A stretch of DNA of 64,000 bases, taken from assembly GCA_964541925.1 (NCBI GenBank), contig CAZISB010000001.1:83605-147604 (forward strand), given 5' to 3'. Below are positions 1-8,056 of this stretch, one piece after another. Both the position numbers and the translations under genes were made by a program. This DNA comes from an uncultured Acidobacteriaceae bacterium. Its GTDB lineage: Bacteria; Acidobacteriota; Terriglobia; Terriglobales; Acidobacteriaceae. The notes below the pieces were generated by a model that did not search any database, was not told the origin of the DNA, and saw nothing but the letters and a program-made list of their open reading frames with translations. How positions within the stretch are numbered: position 1 is the first letter of the stretch; every line of letters starts with the position of its first letter.

Positions 1-941
1 CCGGAAGGACGGAACGGGCCCGCGAAGAACTCCGGCCCCATGGGTGGGCCGCCACCGCCAAACAGCCAAAATAGATTCAGCGTTGCATCCATCTGGACTC
101 TGTCGTCTCCGCCAAAACCAGAATCCGATGCGTAAATGACGTGGGGCTGTTTATTACCGGTGTTCCGCACAGCTACGTGATAATTCAGGCCGGATTCCCC
201 GCGAAAATATTTCTGCGCCAGCTCAGGAAAGATTTCTTTTTCGAGAATGCTTTTGTTCAACTGAATTACCAGCCATGCAAATCCACGGTCGCCGGAGTGA
301 TCAGCTCCCGGACGTCTTCGCACCAGGTAAATCAGTGCGGGAATGGATTGGTCCACCGCCCCGGGCGGAAGCAAATCCAGCAAACCATTTCGCGCGTGGT
401 GATGCATGTGCTCTTGATGCGGGAAGCCTTCATCGTGTTCAAAGCGCGGCCTGTGATGTCCGGGCTCATCTGGTCTGCCGGAGTGCAGCATCATCATCTC
501 GCTAACCATCTGCAGATGCCGCTCTATGAATGAAAATTCATCCGGCCAGCTCACACGCTCCAACTGATCACGCCTGGGATCGAGCTGAAGAGGCTTTTGA
601 TGCAGCGGGTCGTCCCAAATATAGATATGCTGCACTAAGTTCGGATGTGCCGCGGTCTGCTGCCAATGCGCAAACTGCTCCTTGATCTGCGAAGCGTTGA
701 CCGATGGTGAGGAGTCCAGTGCGGATTTAAGTTCCAGGCAGACTGAGGCCAGCTCATGCGCAACATCCTGACGAAACCCCAGCAGAGAATTTTGCAGCGC
801 GGTTTGCATCTGCGTCCTGGTGGCAGTGCTCACCTGCCCGCTCCATCTGTATTGCAATACAGCAAGCAGAGCCAGCACCGCCGCCAGAGCGGGCACCGCA
901 ATCCATCGAAAAAGCCGTTCTTTAACCTCTGGTTTGACCAT
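1..941 (-). CDS. membrane-anchored sensor protein, N-terminal part (probable histidine kinase; runs off left window edge)
   Basis: The minus-strand frame is open from the ATG at 939-941 to position 1. It is absent from the ORF track because there is no stop in the window. My translation is MVKPEVKERLFRWIAVPALAAVLALLAVLQYRWSGQ..., with one N-terminal TM helix and then a long non-repetitive region. It lies 105 nt downstream of a receiver gene. The kinase domain is not visible, so the product is inferred. Confidence 0.45.
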   Translation of the reverse strand, partial: MVKPEVKERLFRWIAVPALAAVLALLAVLQYRWSGQVSTATRTQMQTALQNSLLGFRQDVAHELASVCLELKSALDSSPSVNASQIKEQFAHWQQTAAHPNLVQHIYIWDDPLHQKPLQLDPRRDQLERVSWPDEFSFIERHLQMVSEMMMLHSGRPDEPGHHRPRFEHDEGFPHQEHMHHHARNGLLDLLPPGAVDQSIPALIYLVRRRPGADHSGDRGFAWLVIQLNKSILEKEIFPELAQKYFRGESGLNYHVAVRNTGNKQPHVIYASDSGFGGDDRVQMDATLNLFWLFGGGGPPMGPEFFAGPFRPS

Positions 942-1046
942 CAATTCAAGCTGGAATCTCTGCTGAAATCCGTCCTTCGGGGGAGCTTACCTGATCTATC
1001 AATTATAGTGCTCAGCGTGGGACCAGCTAAGCTCACGTTATGCGGC

Positions 1047-1481
1047 TTATTGGGGCTTTTGCAGCGATTTCTGCAGAAAAGCGCGCAGCTCCTTCAGAAA
1101 TTTTGGTTTGTAGATCATGGCGACAGCGCCGCAGCCTGCGCACGCTGCGCGGAACTGTGGGCTGATATCCATTGACATCAATACAACTCCGATTTCCGGG
1201 TGCAGTTGCGAGAGAATCAGCGCTGTTCGCAAGCCGCTCATGCCTGGCATGTCGGCATCCAGAAGCACCAACTCCGGCTGCAATTCGCTGGCACGATCGA
1301 TAGTGTCCTGGCCGGTTTCCGCGCGCCCAACAACCTCAACAACTCTATGGTGCTCCAGCAGTGTGCAGATCGCATGCAAAATCGTCGCCGAATCATCCAC
1401 CACCAGCACGCGCTTTCTCTTGAAGGAGAGCGCAGCCATTCTGGCAGCGCCCGTATTCAGATAAGCCGTCGCAACCGACAT
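1047..1481 (-). CDS. stand-alone response regulator receiver protein (CheY-like)
   Basis: 144 aa. It has KRVLVVDDSATIL, the phospho-acceptor context PELVLLDADMPGMSG, and a later KPKF motif. There is no output domain. Confidence 0.85.
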   Translation of the reverse strand: MSVATAYLNTGAARMAALSFKRKRVLVVDDSATILHAICTLLEHHRVVEVVGRAETGQDTIDRASELQPELVLLDADMPGMSGLRTALILSQLHPEIGVVLMSMDISPQFRAACAGCGAVAMIYKPKFLKELRAFLQKSLQKPQ

Positions 1482-1600
1482 AAAACCCTCTTCCCTGCAT
1501 CGTTAGACTAAAGATAGCTCCAAGCGTTTAATATCCCGACAAGACCCTTGTAAACTTCCTGTAAAACTTCCTTCACTTTCCTTCATCTCACCACGAATGC

Positions 1601-1650
1601 AAAAACAAGGCGGGCTTGGAGGAACACATGAAGGGAACCCGTCCCGCCTT
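1601..1650 (-). terminator. possible intrinsic terminator after the LTXXQ gene
   Basis: On the minus strand AAGGCGGG (1643-1650 rc) pairs with CCCGCCTT (1607-1614 rc) and is followed by GTTTTT. The 28 nt loop is long. Confidence 0.4.
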
Positions 1651-1675
1651 GTCCTTGAACGGCGCAGGAGATCGC

Positions 1676-2140
1676 TTAGAAATTGCCTGGAGGGGGGCCT
1701 CCCATGCCACCGTGTCCGTGTTCGTGCATGCCCATTCCGTGATGGACAATCTCAGAAAACTTACTCTGCTGCTCAGGCGTAAGCGTCTGGTAGAAAGTCG
1801 CCATGGCCTTGGCATGCGCCGAGGTTTGCTGCGCCGTAAGATTGCCGATAGTGCTGGAAATCTGCTCGATCGACGCAGCGTCATTGTTCTTTATGGCTGT
1901 TTGCAGGTTCTCATGGGCGGTGCGCATTTGCTCATGAATCGTTTTGCCGTTATTGACAACCTGTGTAAGAAGGGTGGTGGCCTGTTGCTGCTGTTGCGGC
2001 GTCAACGACAGCTCTTTGGTCAGATGTTCCACGTGATGCTGGACCATCTCTGCGGGGTCAGGCGGTTGTCCATGTTGCGCCGCGACAAACACGCTAGCCA
2101 CGGCCAGAATTGCGATTACTTTTAAGAGGGTTGTTCTCAT
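1676..2140 (-). CDS. periplasmic LTXXQ-motif protein (Spy/CpxP family-like)
   Basis: I start it at the internal Met (ATG 2138-2140), which has GGAG upstream and gives the signal peptide MRTTLLKVIAILAVASVFVAAQ. It has two LTPxQQ motifs (LTPQQQQQ, LTPEQQSKF) and a His/Gly/Met-rich C-terminus. Confidence 0.75.
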   Translation of the reverse strand: MRTTLLKVIAILAVASVFVAAQHGQPPDPAEMVQHHVEHLTKELSLTPQQQQQATTLLTQVVNNGKTIHEQMRTAHENLQTAIKNNDAASIEQISSTIGNLTAQQTSAHAKAMATFYQTLTPEQQSKFSEIVHHGMGMHEHGHGGMGGPPPGNF

Positions 2141-2367
2141 TGGGTGGTCTCCATTTCTTAGGATTACTTCTGGTTGAAGGTTGATTTCTTTCGTTGCAGC
2201 GTCTGCGTACTCTGCGTACATCGCATGTCGGGCAGCAGTTCGCATGCGACCTGCAGGAAGGTTTCGGAATCATCTACCACCACAGTTCGAATACGCTTTA
2301 CATCTGCGGAAATGAGTGCTTCTTGTGCGGGATCACTTCTATAAACCGACTGTACCGCTGTAGCCAT
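2141..2367 (-). pseudogene. truncated, frameshifted response-regulator receiver remnant
   Basis: ORF 2164..2367 encodes ...KRIRTVVVDDSETFLQVACELLPDM, which parallels KRVLVVDDSATILHAICTLLEHH of the 1047..1481 receiver. The next frame continues ...ATKEINLQPEVILRNGDHPM (compare ELQPELVLLDADMPGM) and runs straight into the LTXXQ gene start. Confidence 0.5.
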
Positions 2368-2577
2368 GAGGCCTCCGTCACTATGTTGTTGTTATCAAAC
2401 CATGCCGGACGGATGAGGTGGGTAAAATGGCAGGCAATGGGATGTAAAGAGGGTGTAAAAGATTTTGTCACAGGCCGGTCACATTGTGGGTCACAAACCC
2501 GCCGTGACTTACACCTTCGTGTATTTGATAAATGTTGATTTCAAGTGATACCATCGCTTGCTTGTGGAGGTCTTCTG

Positions 2578-2880
2578 ATGTCAGACAGAGAGAGCAGCAA
2601 CAGCTTCATGTGGTTCCTTGCAGGACTCGGCTTTGGCGCGCTGATGGGCGTGCTTTACGCTCCCCGCTCCGGGCGCGAAACCCGCGAAGCGATTCGGAAT
2701 ACAGCTCAGGAAGGCGGTGAGTACCTGAAGAACCGCAGCCGCGAAGCTCGTGACACCGTAAGCCAGTGGGTGGACCGGAGCAAGGACGTGGTCTCGCAGA
2801 AGAAGGACCAGATCAGCGCCGCTATTGACGCTACGCGCCAGGCCTATCGCGAAGCCACAGAAGGCAAGAAAGGCTCCTAA
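2578..2880 (+). CDS. YtxH domain protein (general stress-type)
   Basis: FLAGLGFGALMGVLYAPRSGRETREAIR is the typical YtxH N-terminal helix plus motif. I start it at the ATG at 2578. Confidence 0.8.
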   Translation: MSDRESSNSFMWFLAGLGFGALMGVLYAPRSGRETREAIRNTAQEGGEYLKNRSREARDTVSQWVDRSKDVVSQKKDQISAAIDATRQAYREATEGKKGS

Positions 2881-2895
2881 GGAGCTCTGCCGCCA

Positions 2896-3411
2896 GTGGA
2901 CCATAACACTGTAATCACAATCTTCGTGGTTGTTGCTGCGATCGCCATTGTTCTGCAGATGGCGATTCTGTTTGCCTTGTACAAGGCGATGCGGCAGACC
3001 TCTGAGCGCATGGAAGGCATTGCTGGACGCCTTGAAAAGCAGGCCTCGCCCGTGCTCACCACGGCAGCTGCGATCCTGGAAGATGCCCGGCCAAAGATCG
3101 CGCAGATCACCACAGATCTGGCTGAAAGCTCAGCAGCTATCCGTACTCATGTGGCCCACGTAGGCCTAGCCGCCGAGGAGATCACGGAACGCGTCCGCAC
3201 ACATGCTGCGCGGCTGGATGAGATGGTCCACTCCGCCGCAAACAAGATGGAGGCTACCTCAGAGCTGTTGCAGGAAAAAGTCCTGAGCCCCATGCGTCGC
3301 GTTCGCGCTATTGTTTCTGCGCTCAGCACTGGATTGAGTTTTTTCAAATCCAATCGCCCGCGCAGACCCGGCAATGCGGGCGAAGTGGAAGACGAAGAAA
3401 TGTTTATTTGA
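2896..3411 (+). CDS. DUF948-like membrane-anchored coiled-coil protein
   Basis: GTG start, an N-terminal TM helix (ITIFVVVAAIAIVLQMAILFALY), then an Ala-rich helical region. It lies 15 nt after the YtxH gene, a common pairing. Confidence 0.6.
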   Translation: MDHNTVITIFVVVAAIAIVLQMAILFALYKAMRQTSERMEGIAGRLEKQASPVLTTAAAILEDARPKIAQITTDLAESSAAIRTHVAHVGLAAEEITERVRTHAARLDEMVHSAANKMEATSELLQEKVLSPMRRVRAIVSALSTGLSFFKSNRPRRPGNAGEVEDEEMFI

Positions 3412-3413
3412 AT

Positions 3414-3448
3414 TTGGTGAATGAGTGATTTGGTAAATTGGTAAATTG
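3414..3448. repeat. left inverted arm of four-helix-bundle cassette (about 4 tandem TGGTRAAT-type octamers)
   Basis: Sequence ttggtgaatgagtgatttggtaaattggtaaattg. It matches the reverse complement of 3820-3853 at about 28-29 of 34 positions. Confidence 0.75.
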
Positions 3449-3874
3449 TGAGCCCGCCTCAAGAGCTTCGCGAAAGAACAAAGAAGTTCGCCATTCGTAT
3501 AATCAAGCTATTCCAAGCGCTTCCTAAATCGGCAGAAGCGCGCGCAGGTACTTGGAAAACAGTTGCTGCGTTTTGGGACATCCGTTGCAGCGAATTATCG
3601 GGCAGCATGCCGGGCATGCTCCAGAGCTGAGTTCATAGCACGAATGGGAGTTGTGGCAGAGGAAGCTGATGAAAGTGTTCTATGGCTGGAGTTTTTGGAA
3701 GAAACTGGCATTCTCAGCCTCGAGAAGCTCTCCGCAATTACAACAGAAGCAAGAGAGCTAGTCGCGATCTTTTCGACTTCATTTGAAAACTGCGAAAGAC
3801 AACAGATAATCCGGTTCTTCACTTACCAAATTACCAATTTACTCATTTACCAATTGCTCTATCTCCCAAACTGA
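3448..3874 (+). pseudogene. four-helix-bundle protein gene (23S rRNA intervening-sequence protein family) with a +1 frameshift
   Basis: Frame A (3448..) reads ELRERTKKFAIRIIKLFQALPKSAEARA. Frame B reads VLGKQLLRFGTSVAANYRAACRACSRAEFIARMGVVAEEADESVLWLEFLEE. Together they form one family-typical protein if one nt near 3547 is removed. Confidence 0.7.
3820..3853. repeat. right inverted arm of four-helix-bundle cassette
   Basis: Sequence cacttaccaaattaccaatttactcatttaccaa, the reverse complement partner of 3414-3448. It ends 5 nt before the ftsI stop codon. Confidence 0.75.
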
Positions 3875-6018
3875 ACTACAACGTGTCCGCCGGGCGGAAT
3901 TCGGGAGCCTGCAATTGGAGATTGCGTCTGCCCAACTCCGCTGCCGCTCACTTCGAGCTCCAATCCTGCCTCTTCGGCAACTTCTAACGCGCTGCGCAAT
4001 GACTTGCCCTTAAAATCCGGGACCAGCACTCCACCCGCAACGTCTAGCACAACCGTTCCTCGGGGCTGCTCAGGAGCGTTCATGCTTGCCTGCTGCGCAG
4101 ATGGCATTGCGAGTGAGGTAGCAATCGTCGGAGCAAGTTTTGGGACCGATTTGCTTGTCGCAGCCACCGGCTTCATTTCTGCACTCTGCGCAAGAGCGGG
4201 TGAAGGTGAGGGTACAACACTCGGATTATCGCCACTCACTTGCTGGCTGGCAATGTAGTCCGGCGCGCCCTCTGACACATCGTCTTCTTTGGCGCGTGCG
4301 CGCAGGAACATCCGTCTTGGATCCTGCACGTCAATATCGTGCGGAACATTCATATACGCCAGCACCTGCTGCGTTACTCGAGCAAAGACGGGAGCGGCCA
4401 CGTCACCGCCCTGGTCATGGGGGTAAGTATCCGGCGTATCCAGCACCACCAGAACTGTGACTGCTGGATTGTTCACGGGCGCAAATCCCGCAAAGGAGGC
4501 TATGTGCTTGCGGTGAGAGTAACGGCCATTGGTATCAATCTTCTGCGCCGTTCCGGTTTTACCTGCTGAAGTGTACCCATCAAGAATGGCCTTTTTCGCC
4601 GTCCCGCGCAGCACCACGCCTTCCAGCATTCGCTTCATTTCTGCCGCGGTGAACGGTGAAATCACGCGGCGGCCAAGCTCGGGATGGAACTCGATCAACT
4701 GTGGCGTGCTCCGCGGCGGAGTAGTTCCGGCCACGATCCTGGGAGCCACGTACACTCCGTCGTTTGCGATGGTCGAAACCATTGCGGCCAACTGCACCGG
4801 TGATACTCCAATCTCCTGCCCCATTGAAATTGCGCCGATGCTTACTTTCGACCAGCGGCTCACCGGCTTGGTCATGCCGCGCGTCTCTCCCGGCAGCTCG
4901 ATTTTGGTCTGTGAGCCGAAACCAAAATTGCGAATGTAACGATCAAAACGCTCTTCGCCCAACCGCAAAGCAAGTTTGATCGCGCCGACATCGCTGGATT
5001 TCTCAAGCACCTGCGTTACCGTTAGTCCTCCATACGCCTTGTGATCATGAATGCGCAGCCCATTCACCACAATGGATCCCATCTGGCAGTCAATCACCTC
5101 ATCAGGATTCGTGATCTTCTCTTCCAGGGCGCCAGCCAAGGTAACAATTTTGAAGGTCGAGCCGGGTTCATAGATGTCACTCACAGCTCTGTTCTTGAGC
5201 GCCTGCGCGCTCACCTTATTAAAGATATTTGGATTGAAAGTGGGCGCATTTGCCAGCGCCAGAATTTCGCCCGTATGAGGATTTTGCACGATCACAGTGC
5301 CGGCTTCGGCTCGGGTCTCGCTCATCACTTGCGCCAGAGCGCGCTCGGCGATGTACTGGATCTTTTCGTCAATGGTGAGCACCACGTTCTCGCCAGGCTC
5401 TGGATTTTTCTCCGTGCGGCCCAGCCATTTGTGGCGATTATCCATGGTGATGAGCATCTTGCCCGGCTTGCCGGTCAGCTTTGACTCGAACTCGCGCTCA
5501 ATGCCACCCAGACCTTCGTCATCCAGCCCCACATATCCAAGCACCTGGGCCGCAAGTTCGTTCTTGGGATAAAAGCGTTTGGATTCTTTCTGGAAGTAAA
5601 TGCCTTTCAGATTCAGTGCGCGAACACGAGCGCTGGTTGCGTTGTCCAGCTTTCGAGCTATCCAGGCAAATGCGTGCGAAGCTCGCATGCGATTTTCAAT
5701 TTCAACGGAATCCGCTTTTACAATCCGGCTTAGAATCTGCGCAGTAGAGTGGATATCAGGAATTTCCGATGGAACGGCAAAAACCGAGTCCACCTGCACC
5801 GTCATGGCCAGCTCGTTGCCCCGGCGGTCATATATATTTCCGCGGACCGGAGAAACCTCAATGCTGCGCTGCTGCTGCTTGGCTGCGCGTTGGGTGTAAT
5901 CGCCATAAGCCACTACCTGCAGGCACACCAGACGCACGCAAATCACCACAAACCAGAATGCGAAGATGCCTGCAAGAATGTATAGCCGCCCATTGCCCTT
6001 TAGATTTATCTGAGTCAT
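3859..6018 (-). CDS. ftsI: peptidoglycan D,D-transpeptidase FtsI (class B PBP) with C-terminal PASTA domain
   Basis: 719 aa. It has an N-terminal TM helix, the STFK and KTGT motifs, and a C-terminal PASTA-like segment (VPDFKGKSLRSALEVAEEAGLELEVSGSG). It sits in a dcw context. Confidence 0.9.
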   Translation of the reverse strand: MTQINLKGNGRLYILAGIFAFWFVVICVRLVCLQVVAYGDYTQRAAKQQQRSIEVSPVRGNIYDRRGNELAMTVQVDSVFAVPSEIPDIHSTAQILSRIVKADSVEIENRMRASHAFAWIARKLDNATSARVRALNLKGIYFQKESKRFYPKNELAAQVLGYVGLDDEGLGGIEREFESKLTGKPGKMLITMDNRHKWLGRTEKNPEPGENVVLTIDEKIQYIAERALAQVMSETRAEAGTVIVQNPHTGEILALANAPTFNPNIFNKVSAQALKNRAVSDIYEPGSTFKIVTLAGALEEKITNPDEVIDCQMGSIVVNGLRIHDHKAYGGLTVTQVLEKSSDVGAIKLALRLGEERFDRYIRNFGFGSQTKIELPGETRGMTKPVSRWSKVSIGAISMGQEIGVSPVQLAAMVSTIANDGVYVAPRIVAGTTPPRSTPQLIEFHPELGRRVISPFTAAEMKRMLEGVVLRGTAKKAILDGYTSAGKTGTAQKIDTNGRYSHRKHIASFAGFAPVNNPAVTVLVVLDTPDTYPHDQGGDVAAPVFARVTQQVLAYMNVPHDIDVQDPRRMFLRARAKEDDVSEGAPDYIASQQVSGDNPSVVPSPSPALAQSAEMKPVAATSKSVPKLAPTIATSLAMPSAQQASMNAPEQPRGTVVLDVAGGVLVPDFKGKSLRSALEVAEEAGLELEVSGSGVGQTQSPIAGSRIPPGGHVVVQFGR

Positions 6019-6211
6019 TTTTGAGTAGAGGTCGAAGCCAACTTGCGCGCTGAGCCCGCCGATTCAAGCGCGTAGATAATCTCGTTGTCAAAGGAGCTCA
6101 TAAACGGTTTGGAGCGAAGCGACATTAAAAAAACGAGGCGACTCGGCTGTTTTTCCGGAGTCGCCATTTCGAGCTCCGGAATCCCGAAGCAAGGTCCACC
6201 AACCAAATCTT

Positions 6212-6688
6212 TTATCGCACCGTGATGACCGCTACCGGCGTTGCCCGAGCCATAACTGGAGAAGCAGTGTCATCAGGATTCATCTGGATCACCTGGCCCG
6301 GCTCCGGAGATTCCAATCCCATCTGCCGTGCCAACGTGTCAATACGGCCAGGATCGCGCAATGAAGCCGCTTCCAACTTGAGCGTGCGATTCATCTCCAC
6401 CAGACGGTCGCGTTCTGCTTTTTGTGCCTCAATGCGATAGCCGTATTCAATCGAGCTGAAGTGCTGCCAGGCATAGAACATCACAAGCAGAAAAAGAGCC
6501 AGCACACTGGCGGAGAACATTCTGATCTCACGCCGTCGTTGCGGGTCTGTGATTTTCACCAGCCGGGAATTGTCGATAGTCTTCTGAAAGTAAAATTCCG
6601 GCGTAATTCCGGCGACGCTGCGCCGCGACGAACTGCGCGCCTCTACCGGCGTGATCATTCCCGTGATGTGCATTGCGCTTGCAGACAT
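6212..6688 (-). CDS. ftsL: cell division protein FtsL-like
   Basis: 158 aa. It has one TM helix (FSASVLALFLLVMFYAW), then a coiled coil, then DPGRIDTLARQMGL. It lies between rsmH and ftsI. Confidence 0.65.
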   Translation of the reverse strand: MSASAMHITGMITPVEARSSSRRSVAGITPEFYFQKTIDNSRLVKITDPQRRREIRMFSASVLALFLLVMFYAWQHFSSIEYGYRIEAQKAERDRLVEMNRTLKLEAASLRDPGRIDTLARQMGLESPEPGQVIQMNPDDTASPVMARATPVAVITVR

Positions 6689-6844
6689 TTACGCCACTCC
6701 AGCCATTTCCTGCCGCCACGCAAACTTGCGTAGCGGAAATTCACTCCCCAGCGCGGACATTTGAGTGCTTTCCTGTTCGCGGGCGTGCTCTTCCGCGCGC
6801 TTTACGCTGTTGATCAGCTCGTCAATCGTAGTTCCTTGAAACAT
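6689..6844 (-). CDS. possible 51 aa small protein directly abutting ftsL
   Basis: It falls below the ORF-track length cutoff. The ATG is at 6842-6844, preceded by AAGAGGA 7 nt upstream. The translation is MFQGTTIDELINSVKRAEEHAREQESTQMSALGSEFPLRKFAWRQEMAGVA. Its TAA stop is immediately followed by the ftsL ATG. Confidence 0.35.
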   Translation of the reverse strand: MFQGTTIDELINSVKRAEEHAREQESTQMSALGSEFPLRKFAWRQEMAGVA

Positions 6845-7108
6845 CTTCTTGTCCTCTTTTCTCGAGGGAACTTTTAATTCCGGGGCGACACCGTTTATGA
6901 GAGGTGAAGTTTTCGCCCAAGTATGAGGAAGGCAGTGCCTCCCCGGAAACTTTGCTTCGCGCCTACCACGGAGCGAAGCGAAACTTGAGGCGTTTTCGCG
7001 GCATCGGGGTCCCCAGCGCGCGCCGTTGTTGCGCGTGATGGGGTGATCGTCTGAGCCACGAGCCGAAATCCCGAGCGCTCTCTGCGAGGGATCTCTAACG
7101 CCTTAAAC

Positions 7109-8056
7109 TCATATTCTTTCCGCGGCCCGCAGCTTCGCGCTACGTGACCGTGGATTGCGATCAATCTCTTCCTGCGTTGCGATTACCGGCTTCTTCGTCT
7201 GAACCTTGTAGAGGCCGGCTTTCGCGCCGTCCCGCAGAGCGTCTTTGACGATGCGGTCTTCCAGGGAGTGAAAGCTGATCACCACCAGCCTGCCTCCCGG
7301 CTTTAGTACCCGCGGCGCCGCTTGAAGCAGCGCCTTCAGGTCGTCCAGTTCGCGGTTTACGAAGATTCGGATTGCCTGAAAGGTCAGTGTCGCAGGATGA
7401 ATACGTTCCGGTTTCATTGACCGGAGCGCAGCCGATATAACTTGTGCCAGATGAGCGGTTGTTCTTATCGGCCGCGCCCGGACAATGGCTCTGGCGATTC
7501 TCCGCGACCTCCTTTCCTCACCGAATTCGTAAATCACATTCGCGAGTTCTTCTTCGCGCATGTGGTTTACCACTTGATCGGCGGTTACTTCGCCCTCAGG
7601 ATTCATCCGCATATCAAGAGGGCCTTCCGCCTGAAAACTGAATCCGCGCGCCGCATCGCCGAACTGCAGCGAACTTACGCCCAGGTCCGCCAGCAGCCCG
7701 TCAGCGCTCGCCTGCGGGACATGCTGGGGGACCTCGGCGTAAGACGCGTGCAGCAGAGTAATCTTTGGATTGCCCCCAGGACGGTTATCACCTCCGACCC
7801 TAGAAAGCCTCTGCCGCGCCAGCTCGATCGCGTTGGTATCCTTATCGAAGCCAATCAAATGACCCTGTGGGCCTAGGCGCCTTGCGATTTCTAAACTGTG
7901 CCCGCCCAATCCCAGGGTCGCGTCGATATAGGTGCCGCCGCGCCGGATTGCCAAAAAGTCGATCGCTTCTTTTAAAAGAACTGAAACATGGCCAACTTCC
8001 CCACCGCCATGCGCTCCCTGGGGAGCTTTGTCCCAACTTGAATCCTCGTCCGCCAC
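7109..8056 (-). CDS. rsmH: 16S rRNA (cytosine1402-N4)-methyltransferase RsmH
   Basis: It has the GGTYIDATLGLGGHS SAM motif and the ISFHSLEDRIVK motif. It directly follows mraZ. Confidence 0.95.
   Translation of the reverse strand: MADEDSSWDKAPQGAHGGGEVGHVSVLLKEAIDFLAIRRGGTYIDATLGLGGHSLEIARRLGPQGHLIGFDKDTNAIELARQRLSRVGGDNRPGGNPKITLLHASYAEVPQHVPQASADGLLADLGVSSLQFGDAARGFSFQAEGPLDMRMNPEGEVTADQVVNHMREEELANVIYEFGEERRSRRIARAIVRARPIRTTAHLAQVISAALRSMKPERIHPATLTFQAIRIFVNRELDDLKALLQAAPRVLKPGGRLVVISFHSLEDRIVKDALRDGAKAGLYKVQTKKPVIATQEEIDRNPRSRSAKLRAAERI

Noticed and set aside
6895-7164. 89 aa minus-strand ORF in the rsmH-ftsL spacer.
   Set aside because: It overlaps the rsmH 3' end in another frame. It is Arg/Ala-rich with no SD. 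I treat the region as structured non-coding RNA or DNA instead.
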